DNA of 64,000 nucleotides from Carcharhinus longimanus (lineage: Eukaryota). The notes beneath the pieces are model-generated. The model saw only the letters and a list, made by a program, of their open reading frames with translations. It ran no database searches and was not told where the DNA came from. The position numbers were made by a program, and so were the translations under genes. Of this stretch, positions 1 through 13,290 are shown piece by piece; position 1 is the first letter of the stretch, and each line of letters begins with the position of its first letter. The stretch is taken from assembly GCA_030264375.1 (NCBI GenBank), contig JASCQW010000137.1, positions 19,575,462 to 19,639,461 of the forward strand. The letters are read 5' to 3'.

Positions 1-461
1 GTATCACAGCTTGGTTTGGCTCCTGCTCTGCCCAAGACTGCAAGGAACTACAAAAGATTGTGAATGTAGCCGAATCCATCATGCAAACCAGCCTCCCATC
101 CATTAACTCTGTCTATACTTCCCACTGCCTTGACAAAGCAGCTAGCATAATTAAGGACCCCATGCACCCCGGACATTCTCTCTTCCACCATCTTCCTTCG
201 GGAAAAAGATACAAAAGTCTGAGGTCACGTACCAATGGACTCAGGAACAGCTTCTTCCCTGCTGCTGTCAGACTTTTGAATGGACTTACCTTGCATTAAG
301 TTGATCTTTCTCTGCAACCTAGCTATGACTATCACACTACATTCTACACTCTCTTGTTTCCTTCCCTATGAATGGTATGTTATGTCTGTATAGTGCGCAA
401 GAAACAATACTTTTCACTATATGTTTATAAATGTGACAATAATAAATCAAATCAAATCAAA
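1..461 (+). mobile_element. Rex1/Babar-type LINE 3' end
   Basis: Decayed RT C-terminus (ITAWFGSCSAQDCKELQKIV...HPGHSLFHHLPSGKRYKSLRSRTNGLRNSFFPAAVRLLN) followed by a 3'UTR and (TCAAA)n tail. Confidence 0.85.
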
Positions 462-793
462 TGTATTAGTATACAATGAAAAATATTGTTTCTTGTGTGC
501 TATACGGACAAAGCATACCGTTCATAGGGAAGGGAACGAAAGAGTGCAGAATGTAGTGTTACAATCATAGCTAGGATGTAGAGAAAGATCAACTTAATAC
601 AAGGTTCAAAAGTCTGATGGCAGCAGGGAAGAAACTGTTTTTGAGTTGGTTGGTACATGATTTCAGACGTTTGTATCTTTTTCCTAATGGAAGAAGTTGG
701 GAGAGATTATGTCCCGGGTGCATGGGATCTTTGATTATGCTGGCTGCTTTTCTGAGACAGCGGGAATCATAGACAGTGTCAATGGATGGGAGG
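462..793 (-). mobile_element. Rex1/Babar-type LINE 3' end, inverted relative to the preceding copy
   Basis: Reverse complement matches ~92-430 (e.g. aatggatgggagg vs cctcccatccatt). Confidence 0.8.
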
Positions 794-805
794 AATAAAT
801 AAAAT

Positions 806-1440
806 AAGGGGTAAAATTCTTAAGCACCTGCCGGAGCAGAAGGTCCTGGGTGCATAGATTATTGAAGGTGGCAGGAGAGGTGGAGAAGGCAAAGAATACA
901 ATACCTTGGGCTTTATTAATACGGCATAGAGAAGTGAGTACAGCTCTGGACACCATGCTATAGGAATGATGGGAATGCGCTAGAGAGAATGCAGAAGATG
1001 TTTACAAGAATAGTTCCAGGGATGAGAAACTTCAGTTATGAAGATAGTTTGGAGAGGTTGGGACTGTTTTCCTTGGAGAGAAGAAAGCTAACAGGAAATT
1101 TGACAGAGATGTTCAAGATCATCAAGGACTGTTGAGAGTAATTAGGGAGAAACTGTTCCTGCTCATAAAAGGTCAAGAATGAGAGGGTACAGGTTTAAAG
1201 TGATTAACAAAAAAACAAATATGTTGTGAGAAAAACAATTTTCACACAATGAGTGGTTCAAGTCTGGAATGCACTGCCTGGAAGTGTGAAAAGGAAGGTT
1301 AATTTGAAGCATTCAAGAGATAATTAGATGATTATTTGAATAGGACCAATGTACAGGAAAAAGGCATTAAGCCATGGTGCTTGTTTGGAGAGCTGGCACA
1401 GACACAATGGACCAAATGACCATTAAAATTCTATGATTCT
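806..1440 (+). mobile_element. CR1 LINE 3' fragment
   Basis: Typical CR1 ORF2 end (agagaatgcagaagatgtttacaagaatagttccagggatg) and ttctatgattct tail. Confidence 0.75.
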
Positions 1441-1989
1441 GTATATCTTGCTGTTGTTGGTTGTTGACCCTTTAGTCACGATGCACATATGCTATAGAAC
1501 TGCCTTGCTAAACATTTCTGTTTCTCCATTTCTCAAGTTTGGAAAACCTCCTCAGGCCCATTTCTTCAAGCGAGCTTTTGGTCTCTCCTTCCAGTACTTC
1601 CCTTTCTGGCTCAGCACCTTTTGGTTTCATCTATTTGTGATGTGTATATTTTTCATACAGACAGCCACAGATATTATGGAAATTCAGATTGCTTTGTTGT
1701 AACCCTAATGGACTGCTACAGGCTTCAGGCCTTTCCATTGCTTTGGTTGCTGCAGGGTCATTTTTTAGTGGTAAAAGCAGTTGTTATTTTTGCACAGAAT
1801 TGCTGCTGATGAAAGTTCCACACAGTGTTCTACTTCAGCCAGAGGCGGGGAGGGGATCTCCTCACGGTGCTCACTAATCTGTATTTGCATATAAATATGG
1901 GGATTTGGGGATTGGGATTACATCAGTTTTGGTTATTATTGCTGTTCTCCAAGCAAGTCAGAGACAGACATAATTGCAACTTGGGAATT

Positions 1990-2635
1990 TTTTAAAATTC
2001 ATTTGTGGGACATGGGTGTTGCTGGCTGGCCAGCATTTATTGCCCATCCCAGGTTGCCCAAGTGCAGTTGAGAGTCAATCACATTGCTGTGGTTTTGGAG
2101 TCGCATGTAGGCTAGGTAAGGATGGCAGATTTCCTTCCTTCAGGAACATTATTATTTATTTATTAGCGTCACAAGTAGGCTTACAATGCAATGAAGTTAC
2201 TGTGAAAATCCCTAGTTTGCCACACTCCAGCACCTGTTCGGGTACACTGAGCAAAGATTTAGCATGGACAATGCACCTAACCTGCATGTCATTCAGACTG
2301 TGGGAGGAAACCAGAGCACCCAGAGAAAACCCACGCAGACACAGGAATAATGTGCAGACTCCACACAGACAGTGACCCAAGCCAAGAATTGAACCTGGGT
2401 CCCTTGCACTGTGAAGTAACCACTGTACCACCAAGCTGCTCAAATTTTGAACCAGAGGGTTTTTTTGTGACAATCGACAATGGTTTCGTGGTCATCAGTA
2501 GATTCTTAATTCCAGATTTTTTTTATTGAATTCAAATTCTATCATCTGCCATGCTGGGATTTGGACCAGCGTCCCCAGAACATTAGCTGGGTTTCTGGAT
2601 GAATAGTCTAGCGATAATACCATTAGGCTATTGCC
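1990..2635 (-). mobile_element. tRNA-headed SINE with LINE-derived tail, interrupted by a V-SINE
   Basis: Minus-strand A-box TAGCCTAATGG (2630-2620) and B-box-like GGTCCAAATCC (2567-2557); head and tail shared with the element at 39877-42861. Confidence 0.7.
2151..2441 (-). mobile_element. HE1-like V-SINE nested in the older SINE
   Basis: tRNA head (ccaggttcaattc) and V core (gtctgcgtgggttttctctgggtgctctggtttcctcccacagtc) on the minus strand. Confidence 0.85.
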
Positions 2636-5059
2636 TAAATACCCTGGAGCAATGAGAGCTTTCATGGTAATGAGAAAGTCTTCTGCAATCTGCATAAGTG
2701 GAGTCTTCAATGCAGGTGGCAGTAATAATGTAACATGCTCAATAGCAGATTGCAATGATGAAAACCAATGTTGCATGACATGACTCACATGGGAGATTGC
2801 ANNNNNNNNNNNNNNNNNNNNNNNNNNNNNNNNNNNNNNNNNNNNNNNNNNNNNNNNNNNNNNNNNNNNNNNNNNNNNNNNNNNNNNNNNNNNNNNNNNN
2901 NCACATGGGAGATTGCAAGGCACACCGGGTTACTGAACTCCTCCCACTAAATAGACACCTTTCAATGTAAAGTACACAAAGGTAAGTGCTGCTCCTGAAA
3001 TAACTTGTGTGTTTGAAACTAAACTGCCTGGATTTATTTCTCATAAAGCCCAATATACTAGACCTTACTGTGTTCCAGGTGGTCCTCAGTGACCATTATC
3101 TCTGCTAACTCTTGCTGACTATGGATAAATATACTTTTATCCATTCTATATTTCCTTGTCCTTAATATTGTGTATTTGTCCTATAATGTATGTATCTACA
3201 CAGGTTCTTGAGGTAAGTGAGGATGGTAATGGTTAATGGCAAGGTATGTGATGCTGCTTGGGTGTGACTGAAGGCCTAATTCCTCTTGTTATGTGAAGAA
3301 TGTAGATGGTATATTATTAGGCTGTAGATTCTCAGCATTGAACATATATAACACAGAGATCAATAGTTTTTGAACGCTAAGGGAATTAAGGAATGGGGAT
3401 AGTGTGGAAGGGCGGAATTGAGGTAGGGACCAACCATAACTGTATAAGTAGCAGAGTAGATACAAAGGGCCGAATATATTACTCGGGCTCCTATTTCTCA
3501 TGTTCTTGTAATATGCACATTAATGTGGAAATTGTAGTGCCATTTATTTTCTATCAAGATGTACTTGTGGACTGGCTTCTTGATTTATCATTTGTCAATT
3601 TGGTATAAAGCAGCATTCTAACACTCTTCTGTTCTGCATTGTCTCAGTATCTTCTAAACTCTCCCTCTTGAATAAATAGGAAGTAAGTTTCATACAAATG
3701 GAATCAAATCCCTTCCATGCTGCATTTCCCTCTTTCATGTTTCTCCTTGGGAGCAGTGTTTACAGAAATGTTCATTGATTACCTTTTTGTACTTTTTAAA
3801 AGTGTGCAGTCCTCTGAGTGTTTGAGATCAAGTCCACTTTGTTAGTGACATATCACTGCTTGCTGTCTCCTTAGCAAGTTTGGTGTCGGTCTCTCATTGT
3901 ATTTGATATGCTTTTGTTACTCTAGTACAGAAATTAACAGCATTTGCCAGACATTGCTGTTAATCAGCCTCTTATCAATGGTAATTTCACCCTAAATTGA
4001 AGATGCCATAGCTGGATTAATATACCTCTTAATATTTATATCTGCTAATTGAAACGAGCTGATTGAAAAAATATTTGCCATGATTGGCTGTTTGATCTTC
4101 ATTGCCACTGACAAGATCTCTTAAATGTTGCAGAAACTGTTTCTTCAAGTTTCATTCTTCCTTGTTAATTATGTTTAAACATAGGCAGTTCTCCAAGTTT
4201 TAATTAGAAGATGGATATCAAGCTTTTTGTTTCTTAACAATATCGCACTACCGAACCTTGGCTTGTCTGAAACCACAGGAATTTTAAAAATTCTATATCA
4301 GATTTTTGGTGTAAATGTTATTTTGGAGTATATTTATGGCAATCTTTTCCAGAATATCAGGAATGTTTTGATGCTATATTGTGGCAACATATATAAGTGC
4401 TAGTTATAGTGATAATGAATGTTACAACCTGTCTGAAACAGAGGGCTGTTGACTAATAAAAACCACAGGCAGCCAAGTGTTTTTTTCATTCCCTTGAAAA
4501 ATATGGTGTAATAATCATTATTGCTATTACTTTAATATGGGCACTCAAAGAATGTGGCCTATGAAACACACAAATATCTCGCTGTTTCATTCAACTGGAT
4601 CTACTACTTGATAATAATAGCATTCTTTATATAAACAAAATATAATCTAAATTTTCATGTCCAGATTTACTCGTTTAGCCATTCGCTTTTCTATTGTAAA
4701 AGGCAGTGAGTGAAACTGAATTTGTTCTCATAGAGTATCATATTGCGCAATGTGATTCAAATTGGTCTCATACACCCAAATACGAGACTGTATCTCACAT
4801 TAGAGAACATTAAACAGCGATTTTAATTTGGGTCACAATTCAGCTGAGCATTAAGCCTGCATAACGTTCTCGATATGATGCACAGAAAGAATTTACTTCT
4901 GAGTCACATTTTACTATGAGTATTCCACCCAACTGATGTACATTATTTCTGATGTCAGTCCCAGGGCCTACTTAAAGTGGGGATGTACCTCTTAAAACAA
5001 GGTTGCATTCTTTACTTGGATTTTTAACTGGGCAACTCTTAGAATACATGTTACCTTCA

Positions 5060-6360
5060 GAGATGGGACGAAAGATCCTGTCTCTTTTCTGCTGCCTGCT
5101 TGGAAGCCCTAGAGGAACAAATGAATCAATTAAGGGGCAACTACTCCCCAGAAGCCAGAAAAATGGTCCCAAAATTACAATGAAGCTGACATGAATATAG
5201 GTGGCTGAGAGGGTGCCTCCGCATCACCCCAAATCCTGAAATCATTGCAACAAGAGATTCAATGATCAATTAAGAGCAAAAAGGGTGAGTACAGCTATTC
5301 ACCTTTCTACTTTTCTCAACACCACCTGGCAGACTTGGCAGCCTTCTCCCCAATCACTCTCAATGATTCCCTCTTTCTCACCCTTCAGCATACAATCACA
5401 ATGGCACATTGCAACACGATTTTTATCACTCCAAACCCACCCATCTTTTCCTTAGCTCCCTTCAAACCACGTACTGTCACTGTTCTCTTTTCACAGCCTA
5501 TCACTTGCACAAGCATTAATTACTTCCAGCGTTCCTTCCTCACATACACTTTTCCCATTATCTTCATAACATCCCATCCTCATTCCATCTTCCTTCTTCC
5601 CCATCTTTCAACACCTGCACTATATTCACAAGTTTTAAACATCTCCAATTACTTAGCGCTATAGAGAGGAATAAGATGGCTGAGGGGTTGGCATCATTAC
5701 TGTCCTCACCCATGCAGAGCAGGACACTGTGAAGTTTTGTGATTTAGACTGAGCCAGCAACATCAGAGAAAATGACAACATATCAGTATATGTTACTTGC
5801 AACCTCAGAAATGTGCTGCAGCTTCAAAGCTTCAAGCTTGATATTCAGTTATCCGCCAAGGTAATTTTCATCTGACAACTTGACTCTTGTCCCTTTACTT
5901 TTCTGGGTGCCATGCTGCAAGAGGAGGAGAATCCTCCTGTGGGTGCACCATCACTTGCTTCATTCCCACCCCTTGTCACCAGCCTGGACACTGGCATTCC
6001 ATATGGGTTACATAGTGAGCTAGATGGAGTTGCATATGGTAAAATACCATACATCAGTGAGCCGCAAGACTTACTGATGGCAGGGATGTTTTGAAATTCT
6101 GTTCCAGGAGGGGAACATAGACATGAAAACTTTTTTGACTCAGCCATGGAAAGAAAACTGCTGGCCTCACCCAAACAGAATTGTGACGTGTTGGAAGACC
6201 TGCCGAGTATCGTCAGTGCAACGGGTGAGAAATTGGAGGAGTCCACTTCCAGTCTTTGTGGCATCATCACAGATGGCATCGGCACTCTACAATCTAACCA
6301 CCGGGCATGATGCAGCCAGACTTTAGCACATGTCCATGTTTGCGTGAAGCAGCTTTGGTG
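5060..6360 (+). mobile_element. Degraded Harbinger/PIF-type Myb/SANT accessory gene remnant
   Basis: Broken frames give FSAACLEALEEQM, NHCNKRFNDQLRAKR followed by GTGAGT, a CT-rich intron-like tract, then ITVLTHAEQD; resembles Myb_DNA-bind_5/NAIF1-like proteins. Confidence 0.5.
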
Positions 6361-6584
6361 AAAGCTCAAATTCTGTCATGCAAATTCTGGACTGCAGTCC
6401 CAGCTTGGAGAAACAGATATGCACCTTGGAATAAGTGGTGGTTTGAACCGTTAGACATTTGGGAGAAGCTGCCTATCTTCCACAGCCTGCTCATCCGCAG
6501 ATTGGTGGAAATGATGACCACTACCACAGTGCATTTGGGAAAATATTTAGCACAGATGAAAATTTGTAACATGCTCACTCAACC

Positions 6585-6950
6585 TCTCAGTGGTTGAATG
6601 CTTTTCTAGTGAATAACTGAACCATATAGATTTGGAATGTCCCAAGTTTTCATCTTAGTGTGTGCTTGGATAACTGATCTTTGCAGTTGGGAGTGTGTCT
6701 GGGTTAGGGAGGATAAAATCAGCCAAATTCTTCACTTTTGATTGCTTGCAGCTCCAAGTACATTAGTTTAGACATTGAGTGACGGTTTCAGGTACAGCTG
6801 TACTAATCTCTTCCATCCACCTATTATGGTCAAATAGTCTTCTGATGTTCACTCTCAATACTCACAGATGCTTAATGACCATTTGAGCATCCCACTGAAG
6901 GGCAATCAAAATCCATGTCATTCTAATCTCACAGGAGAGAAGTGGGAAGT
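6585..6950 (+). mobile_element. Ancient tRNA-derived SINE (LF-SINE-like)
   Basis: Recalled motifs gggttagggaggataaaatcagcc and ggtcaaatagtct; highly diverged. Confidence 0.35.
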
Positions 6951-8522
6951 GGGTAAAACAATGACAAAATTGCAAAGGAATAAATCATCTTTCAGACCCA
7001 TTCGTTTTGTGTAATTGCTTCATATTAATCTCACGTTTCTACACTTTGGGGTTTTCTTATTGTCTATTTATATAATACTCCCAAACCTGAGTTCTATTTC
7101 CCTTTGATGTGTTTTTTGAATAATTGCAAACACACCAGGCTTGCTGCAAAGAGGGGGCAAAACAATTTACCACCAGTCCCTGTTGATTAATGGTCTGCTC
7201 GAAACCAGCTCAGGTAAAATGGAAATAAGAAGGGAATGAATTGGGATCACCCACATATGGAACTAATATGAACAGGCACAAGTTGTTACCATAAGTGGGT
7301 TTCCTCACATCTTCTCAAGTAAGATGACATTTGGCATCCAAATCGTCCAGCAAATTATAGCTGCATGTACATTGATGTGGTGTAATTTCACACTTCTATC
7401 GGGTTTAACACAGTAAGCTTTTATAAAAAATACCCAACTAATGACACATCATTTCCAGCAACACACATTGATACCCCGATTGTGTTTGAAATCTTCATTG
7501 TATATGGTGCAATGTTACCTATATTGAAAGGGAAGGACAGTATTAACCTTTGCATTTATTTATTGAATACAGTTGAAAGTAAAAGAAAATGCCCAGGTCT
7601 TAAAGTACAAACTACTTAAAATAATTGTCATGATTAAAGATTTCAGTGTGAATTATTAAAAATAAAGAAATGTTGCAAAGTAGGAGGCTACAGATATGAG
7701 TATAAAAAGAATAAAAAGAATAACAAACTAATTTCTGAAAAGAACATGGCAAAAAATGAGATCTAAAATAGAGATACTTCACGTTAGCAAGGACTCCCAC
7801 TTAAGATTAACCTTAGTCTATGAACAGTTATTTCTAAGCATTCAATTTTAGAGTAAATTGTTTCAGAAGTGCCTGTGAATAAGCCTTCATTGTTCTTTTC
7901 AGCTGCTATACCAGTAAGGTAAATTATTTTATGTCCTCATAGAGTGTATCCCATTAATCTTTCTCTTTAGCAATGGTTCATTATTTTTATGTATGAGATG
8001 ACATGCCAATAATGATTACCTCGAGACAAATATAAGTGTAGATGCCTCAGGAAGTTACAAAAGTTTTGTAGTACTTGTAGAAATGAATTCAACATTTACC
8101 TCTAGAACTAGAGAAACTCCAAAGGCATTGTTTCAGCAAATGATTCTATCAATAATAATGAGCTTTGAAAATTGCTTACAGATAGTGAGAAGTAGACCCA
8201 ATCTTTATTGAGGAGCGTGCTACTTTAACAACTTTGTCGGCTACTGTTACCATTCAGTTGTCCCAGTATAAACTATGTAAAAGGAAAATTATTCCTCCGT
8301 GCATGAGATGCAGAAAGGTTGTAACTGCATTTATGAAGGGAGGATTATGTTGCACCTAGCTTCCAGAGAAAGTCTACCCAATGATCACCTGAAGAAGTAC
8401 TCTCCAACCATTTTGAGCACAAGGTCACTTCTAGCATCAAAATGCAGCGCAAGATCTACTCTTAAAAATTTGACTTCACTGAAATCCTCCTAGATGTAGT
8501 TATGCATAACATTAAAATATTC

Positions 8523-10484
8523 TCAGTGTGACACCTGTGCTTGTACATTATCTGTGAGTGTTGTGAAGTCTGGGTTGTGGTTTGAGATGGATAGTCTCAT
8601 ACAATCTATCAGATGGGCATCTGTGAGATGAGTGCGACTCTTGAACTTGATGATTTTTACCTGGAAAAGCCAGAGGTATGTGGAATGAAAATAGGCCTTC
8701 ATCTTGAGTGCACACAATGTCAGAAGAGGATACTTCTCTCTATTTACAAGACCCCAAAAGCCTTTGCCACTTGACCTAGCTTTCAACTCTCATTTTGCAC
8801 GGTGATTATTTCCATGTCAAGCCCATGGCTTTGTTTGAACACCAGCTGAAATTTTGCTGTCCACTTGAAGACAAACTGAATAATTTGAGGCATTTGAGAC
8901 AAACATAATAATTTTGTTCCATCTTGTCTAACTCCTGAAATTGTCTGTTGAAATCCTTTTTCGGTTTGTTCAGGTGGTCAGAGAATTTATTTGGATGGAA
9001 CCCTTTCTCCTTGACCTGTTGGATTTTCTCCAGATTCGGGAAGTACTCAGTAATTTTGCTCTTTAACTGGGAGGACCACAGGCCCAGTTTCAACTTTAAC
9101 ACATTCACTGCACTGATCATGTGTGACCAGTCTCTGTCTCTCTCCTGCAGTTCACAGTTCAGCCCACTCAATTTTACACTTATGTCCGTAAGAGATGTCA
9201 AATCTAGCATAGCTCACCTCATTTCTTGATTTAAGAAAGCTGAAATTTCAGGGAGTAGATCTAAAAATCTCTGGAGGACTTCTCCTCGACTTAACCACCT
9301 CACATCTGCATAAAGGATTAGCTCACTATAGGTGGCATTAAGCTTTTCGAGTAACAATTTGAACAAACAATGTTGCAGAGTTCTGGCACAAATTAAGCTA
9401 ATGATCTTGACAATAATTGTCATTACATGAGAAAAATCAATAACTTTGTTCGCAAACATTTGTTGGTAAATAACACGGTGGTAATTGACAAAGAAGGGGA
9501 ATACAGCATCATTTCTACAAAGTGCAACCTGCACTGACACCCAGCATTGATGGTGCACCATCAGTAGTGATTGAAACCAGTTTCAATTTTAAATTTAGAT
9601 TTAATTTAATTTAATTTTAAAACCGTTTTCATTCGTTGTCCTCTTTTTGAGAGGCAAAAGAATGAGGAAGCCCTCCTTTCTTGTTGCATCTGTGAATGTA
9701 TTGCGAACAAAATAAAAAGCTGGGTCATATCAGTCATGTCTCTTGATGCATCAGACTGCAGTGAGAAACATTCACAGCTCGATAAGTCTTGGTGTATTTG
9801 CTGAGACACACCTTCGTACAATTCCACTCTTCTGGCCATTGTTAAAACATTAAGCAGCATGCTTCTGATGGCTGTCATAATTTCATCTTTGTTTTTAAAG
9901 TCTTTGAACAAGATGTCGACAGCAACCATAATAGCTTCCGTGATAACTTCGCCATTGATAAACAGTTGCTTATGTTTTGTCAGAAGATGGCTAATGCAAA
10001 AAGACACCTCTTTGCGAGCCTTGCCGTTAGCCACAGGTTTTCAAAAGAGCAATTGTTGAGCTTGCAGTATTCCCTTTAACTCCCAACTTTCTTTGTCTGA
10101 ATGGCACTGTTTAAAGAGAAATGTTCTTGAAATTTTACATGTGTTGTCTTGTGATGCCATTCCAAATTACCCTTTGTACTCAAGGCCAAACCCTGTTGAC
10201 AAATAAGACAAATGGTTTTGCCTTTAGCATTCATAAAAAGAAATTCACTTTCCCATTCCTGGTGGAAATGGTAGGTTTTTACCCTCTTGAAGCCCCTGGC
10301 ACCTTGCTCATTATTTTGTCTTCACCCAGCTGGGCCCACGTTTAGGCACCTGCAATCTGGCAGTCAATGAGCTGATTCGCTCATCATCACAAGAAGCCCG
10401 AGACTCATGCATTTTGGCAGTGGTTCAGCAGACAATGACAATCAAGTTTTTGAGACTCTGCAATTGACTATTTGGAGACCGCAT
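8523..10484 (-). mobile_element. hAT (Buster/SPIN, GTF2IRD2/EPM2AIP1-like) transposase pseudogene with one TIR-like end
   Basis: Collinear frameshifted pieces: KTYHFHQEWESEFLF..KTICLIC, FSLQSDASRD, YADVRWLSRGEVLQRF, LTDISVKLSGLNCELQ, LTDAHLIDCMRL..QAQVSH*; end at ~10484 reads ATGCGGTCTCCAAA next to tccTAaag. Confidence 0.88.
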
Positions 10485-11377
10485 TCCTAAAGTAAGGAAC
10501 TGAATATTTCTAATGTCCACAGACATTTCAAAATGGGCATTGATTTAATTATGTCACATCAGGTCCATGAAATATAGGATGTCACACATTGAGCATTTGT
10601 CCTGAAGAAAATGAGCACTTCAGACCTTTTTCCATTCAAAATAATTTCAAATAGGACTTTTACAGTCAATAGAAGAAAACTTCATCTCTTCATTCTTAGC
10701 TTGATTTGAACTTTCCCAGTAGCGAAAACTCATGTAACTCAATTTACCGCCCAATTCCATTTTGCAACTTACCCCTATTTCACATCTCACTCAGATAATG
10801 AAACCCATCACACATTATATAATCCACATATATTTATATCTCCCCCATCCTGCCATTGCAGCACAGATAAGTTTAGATAAAATTTGTGACTTAGATCAAA
10901 TTAATCATCATGTGTTACTGATAATCAGACTGATATTCATCTAGATGTATCAAGCAATTTGTGACAATGGTGAATAAGTGCAAAATGAAAAGGCTTAGCT
11001 GTGTATCGGATAACTGAATAATTAACTCATTTTAGTGGGATCCCTGATTTGTCATCTTCACAGATATCCCAACTTTCAAAATCCCATTCCAAAGATACAC
11101 TATAAGTATTGCCATTTCCATTGCTCCCTCCTTGTAACCCTGCTGTATGAACCATTCTACCCATGTTGAGATTCTCCAGGTATGTTTGTACGTTTGTGTG
11201 AAACATTTACTATCTAGATTCTAGAAGCCTAACAATCCTCTTAATGCTAAAACGTGTTATTCTCCAAATTTCTGAACTACTAATGAAACGGTCAGTTTCT
11301 AACATGATTAGAACTGGCTAATTAAGAGATTTGCCCACTTCTTAATAACATGGTTAATTTTCTTTCCATACTAATGA

Positions 11378-11654
11378 GGGCAACAAGGTGGCACGTTGGT
11401 TAGCACTGTTGCCTCACAGTGCCAGGAACCCGGATTCAATTCTCAGCTTGGGTCACTGTCTGGGCAGAATTGCACATTCTCTCCATGTCTGTGTGGGTTT
11501 CACAGTTCAAAAGACATGCAGATTAGGTGCATTGGTCATGCTATATTCCTCCTCAGTATACCCGAACAGGCACCACAGTGTGGCAGCTCAGGGATTTTCA
11601 CAGAAACTTCGCTGCAGTGTTAATGTAAGTCTACTTGTGACATGAATAAATAAA
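11378..11654 (+). mobile_element. HE1-like V-SINE
   Basis: A-box TGGCACGTTGG, B-box GGATTCAATTC, V core and AATAAATAAA tail. Confidence 0.85.
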
Positions 11655-11910
11655 GCTTAGAAAAGGGTTTTTTTTGTGCTGATTTGGACCTGCAATTATG
11701 ATTTTGCAATGTTTCTTCAGCAACTAAATAGCCACTTGATAGGCATAAATGTTGCTAAAGTTCAACAATTCAGCCCTGATGTGTGCAATAGTTTAAAAAC
11801 ATGTTTGAGTGCCAACAGTGAAGAAGGTTAATTCGGGCATGGGGCCTGCATATACTGGTAAGCATAATAAAGCAGCAATGTTGTGCCAAAATAATCCATT
11901 AATATTCAAA

Positions 11911-12625
11911 GGGCCAGATTTTGCTAGAGTGGGGTAACATATGGCATGCACTGTTAGTTGTTTGTGCACATTTACATGTTAAAAGCTTTTGCCTACTATG
12001 TTACTGGAAATGTGAACTGGTAATGGTGCATCAAAGGTTTCTGGGACTCTGATTAACAACAGACAGTGTATGTACTCAACCAATGGGATTTAAGGATTGG
12101 TAATTAAGCAGAGGAAGGATGGAGGAGGAGAATAATTTTGAATGGACAAATACAATATCAGGTCTTGATAGAAAGAAAGAGAGAGAAAGAGAAATAAAGA
12201 ATGGAGAAAAAAAGATGAAAAGGAAATGTAAGTTTATTTTTCTTAATTTGACATTTTCAAAATTACCTAAAACTTTTCACCTCATAAGTAATTAAGCTCC
12301 ACATGTATCTGTGCACTTTCTGGGCAAGAAGTGTTGATCGTTGTCATTAACAATGATTACATTGTTAAAAATATGCTTATGCTATAAGTACTAGACTTAA
12401 CTCTCTATGATGAGTTTAATGGAAAATGAATTTGTAAATACAGCAATTCCATGAAAACCTTTGACTGTTAAGCATGTCATGCTATTTTTTTAAAAAGAAA
12501 TGGAAGGGCAGAATTTCTGATGGTTCAGAATTTATAGGGTAAATGTTCCTTGACTGCCTGATTTGTACATTAATAATGGCACATGTTGTTCAGACACCGA
12601 TGTTTTTTTCAGTAAAATTTGTCCC
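11911..12625. mobile_element. Non-autonomous DNA transposon (Harbinger-like)
   Basis: Imperfect TIRs GGGCCAGATTTTGCT / AGTAAAATTTGTCCC (12 of 15 match). Confidence 0.55.
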
Positions 12626-12989
12626 ATTTAAGAGCTGGAAGAGTCAGAGCAAATCTTCAGACAAGGTCAAGCCTATCTAGATCATTTGGATGATTTGGCA
12701 GAAAGTCCAGAAATTGGAAACACAATCCCTATAGACAGGTTTATGATTTTGTTACAGAGGAAGCTATTATTGATTGGCAATGAGATTGTAGAAATTGGAG
12801 AATGTAATGAACAAAGTTAAAAATGCCTTTTTTATAAGTAGATTCTTGATTTTTGCATTTGCCATTTTTCTCACCTTTTACTAGCCATTTTAACTCTTGT
12901 TCAAATAGCAGGAACATTCTCAGCTACTGTCAACTGGCATCAATCACATTTTTTGCTATGGTCATTTACACCAGAAAATTCAAATCAGT

Positions 12990-13290
12990 TCATGATGTAC
13001 AAACAATACAGCTCAGGAATAGGCTCTTCGGCCCACCAAGCTTGCGACAATATGTGGTTTCTATCCCTCTGTTTGCCTCCTGTGTCTATCAAGATATGCC
13101 TTGAACATTGCTAATACCTCCTGCTTCTACCACCTCCACTGACAGTGTGTTCCAGGCACCCATCACCCTCTGTGTGAAAAACTTTCCCCATATGTCTCCC
13201 CTAAACTTACCTCCTCTCATCTTAAACCTGTTAAAAAAAAGTGCCCTCATGTCGTTGACCTTTCCATCCTGGGAAAAAACCTCTGACTAT
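12990..13290 (-). mobile_element. CR1 LINE 3' fragment
   Basis: ttccaggcacccatcaccctctgtgtgaaaaact motif of an antisense CR1 3' end. Confidence 0.7.

Noticed and set aside
11378-11450. tRNA gene
   Set aside because: A and B boxes belong to a SINE head; no cloverleaf, and it continues into the V core
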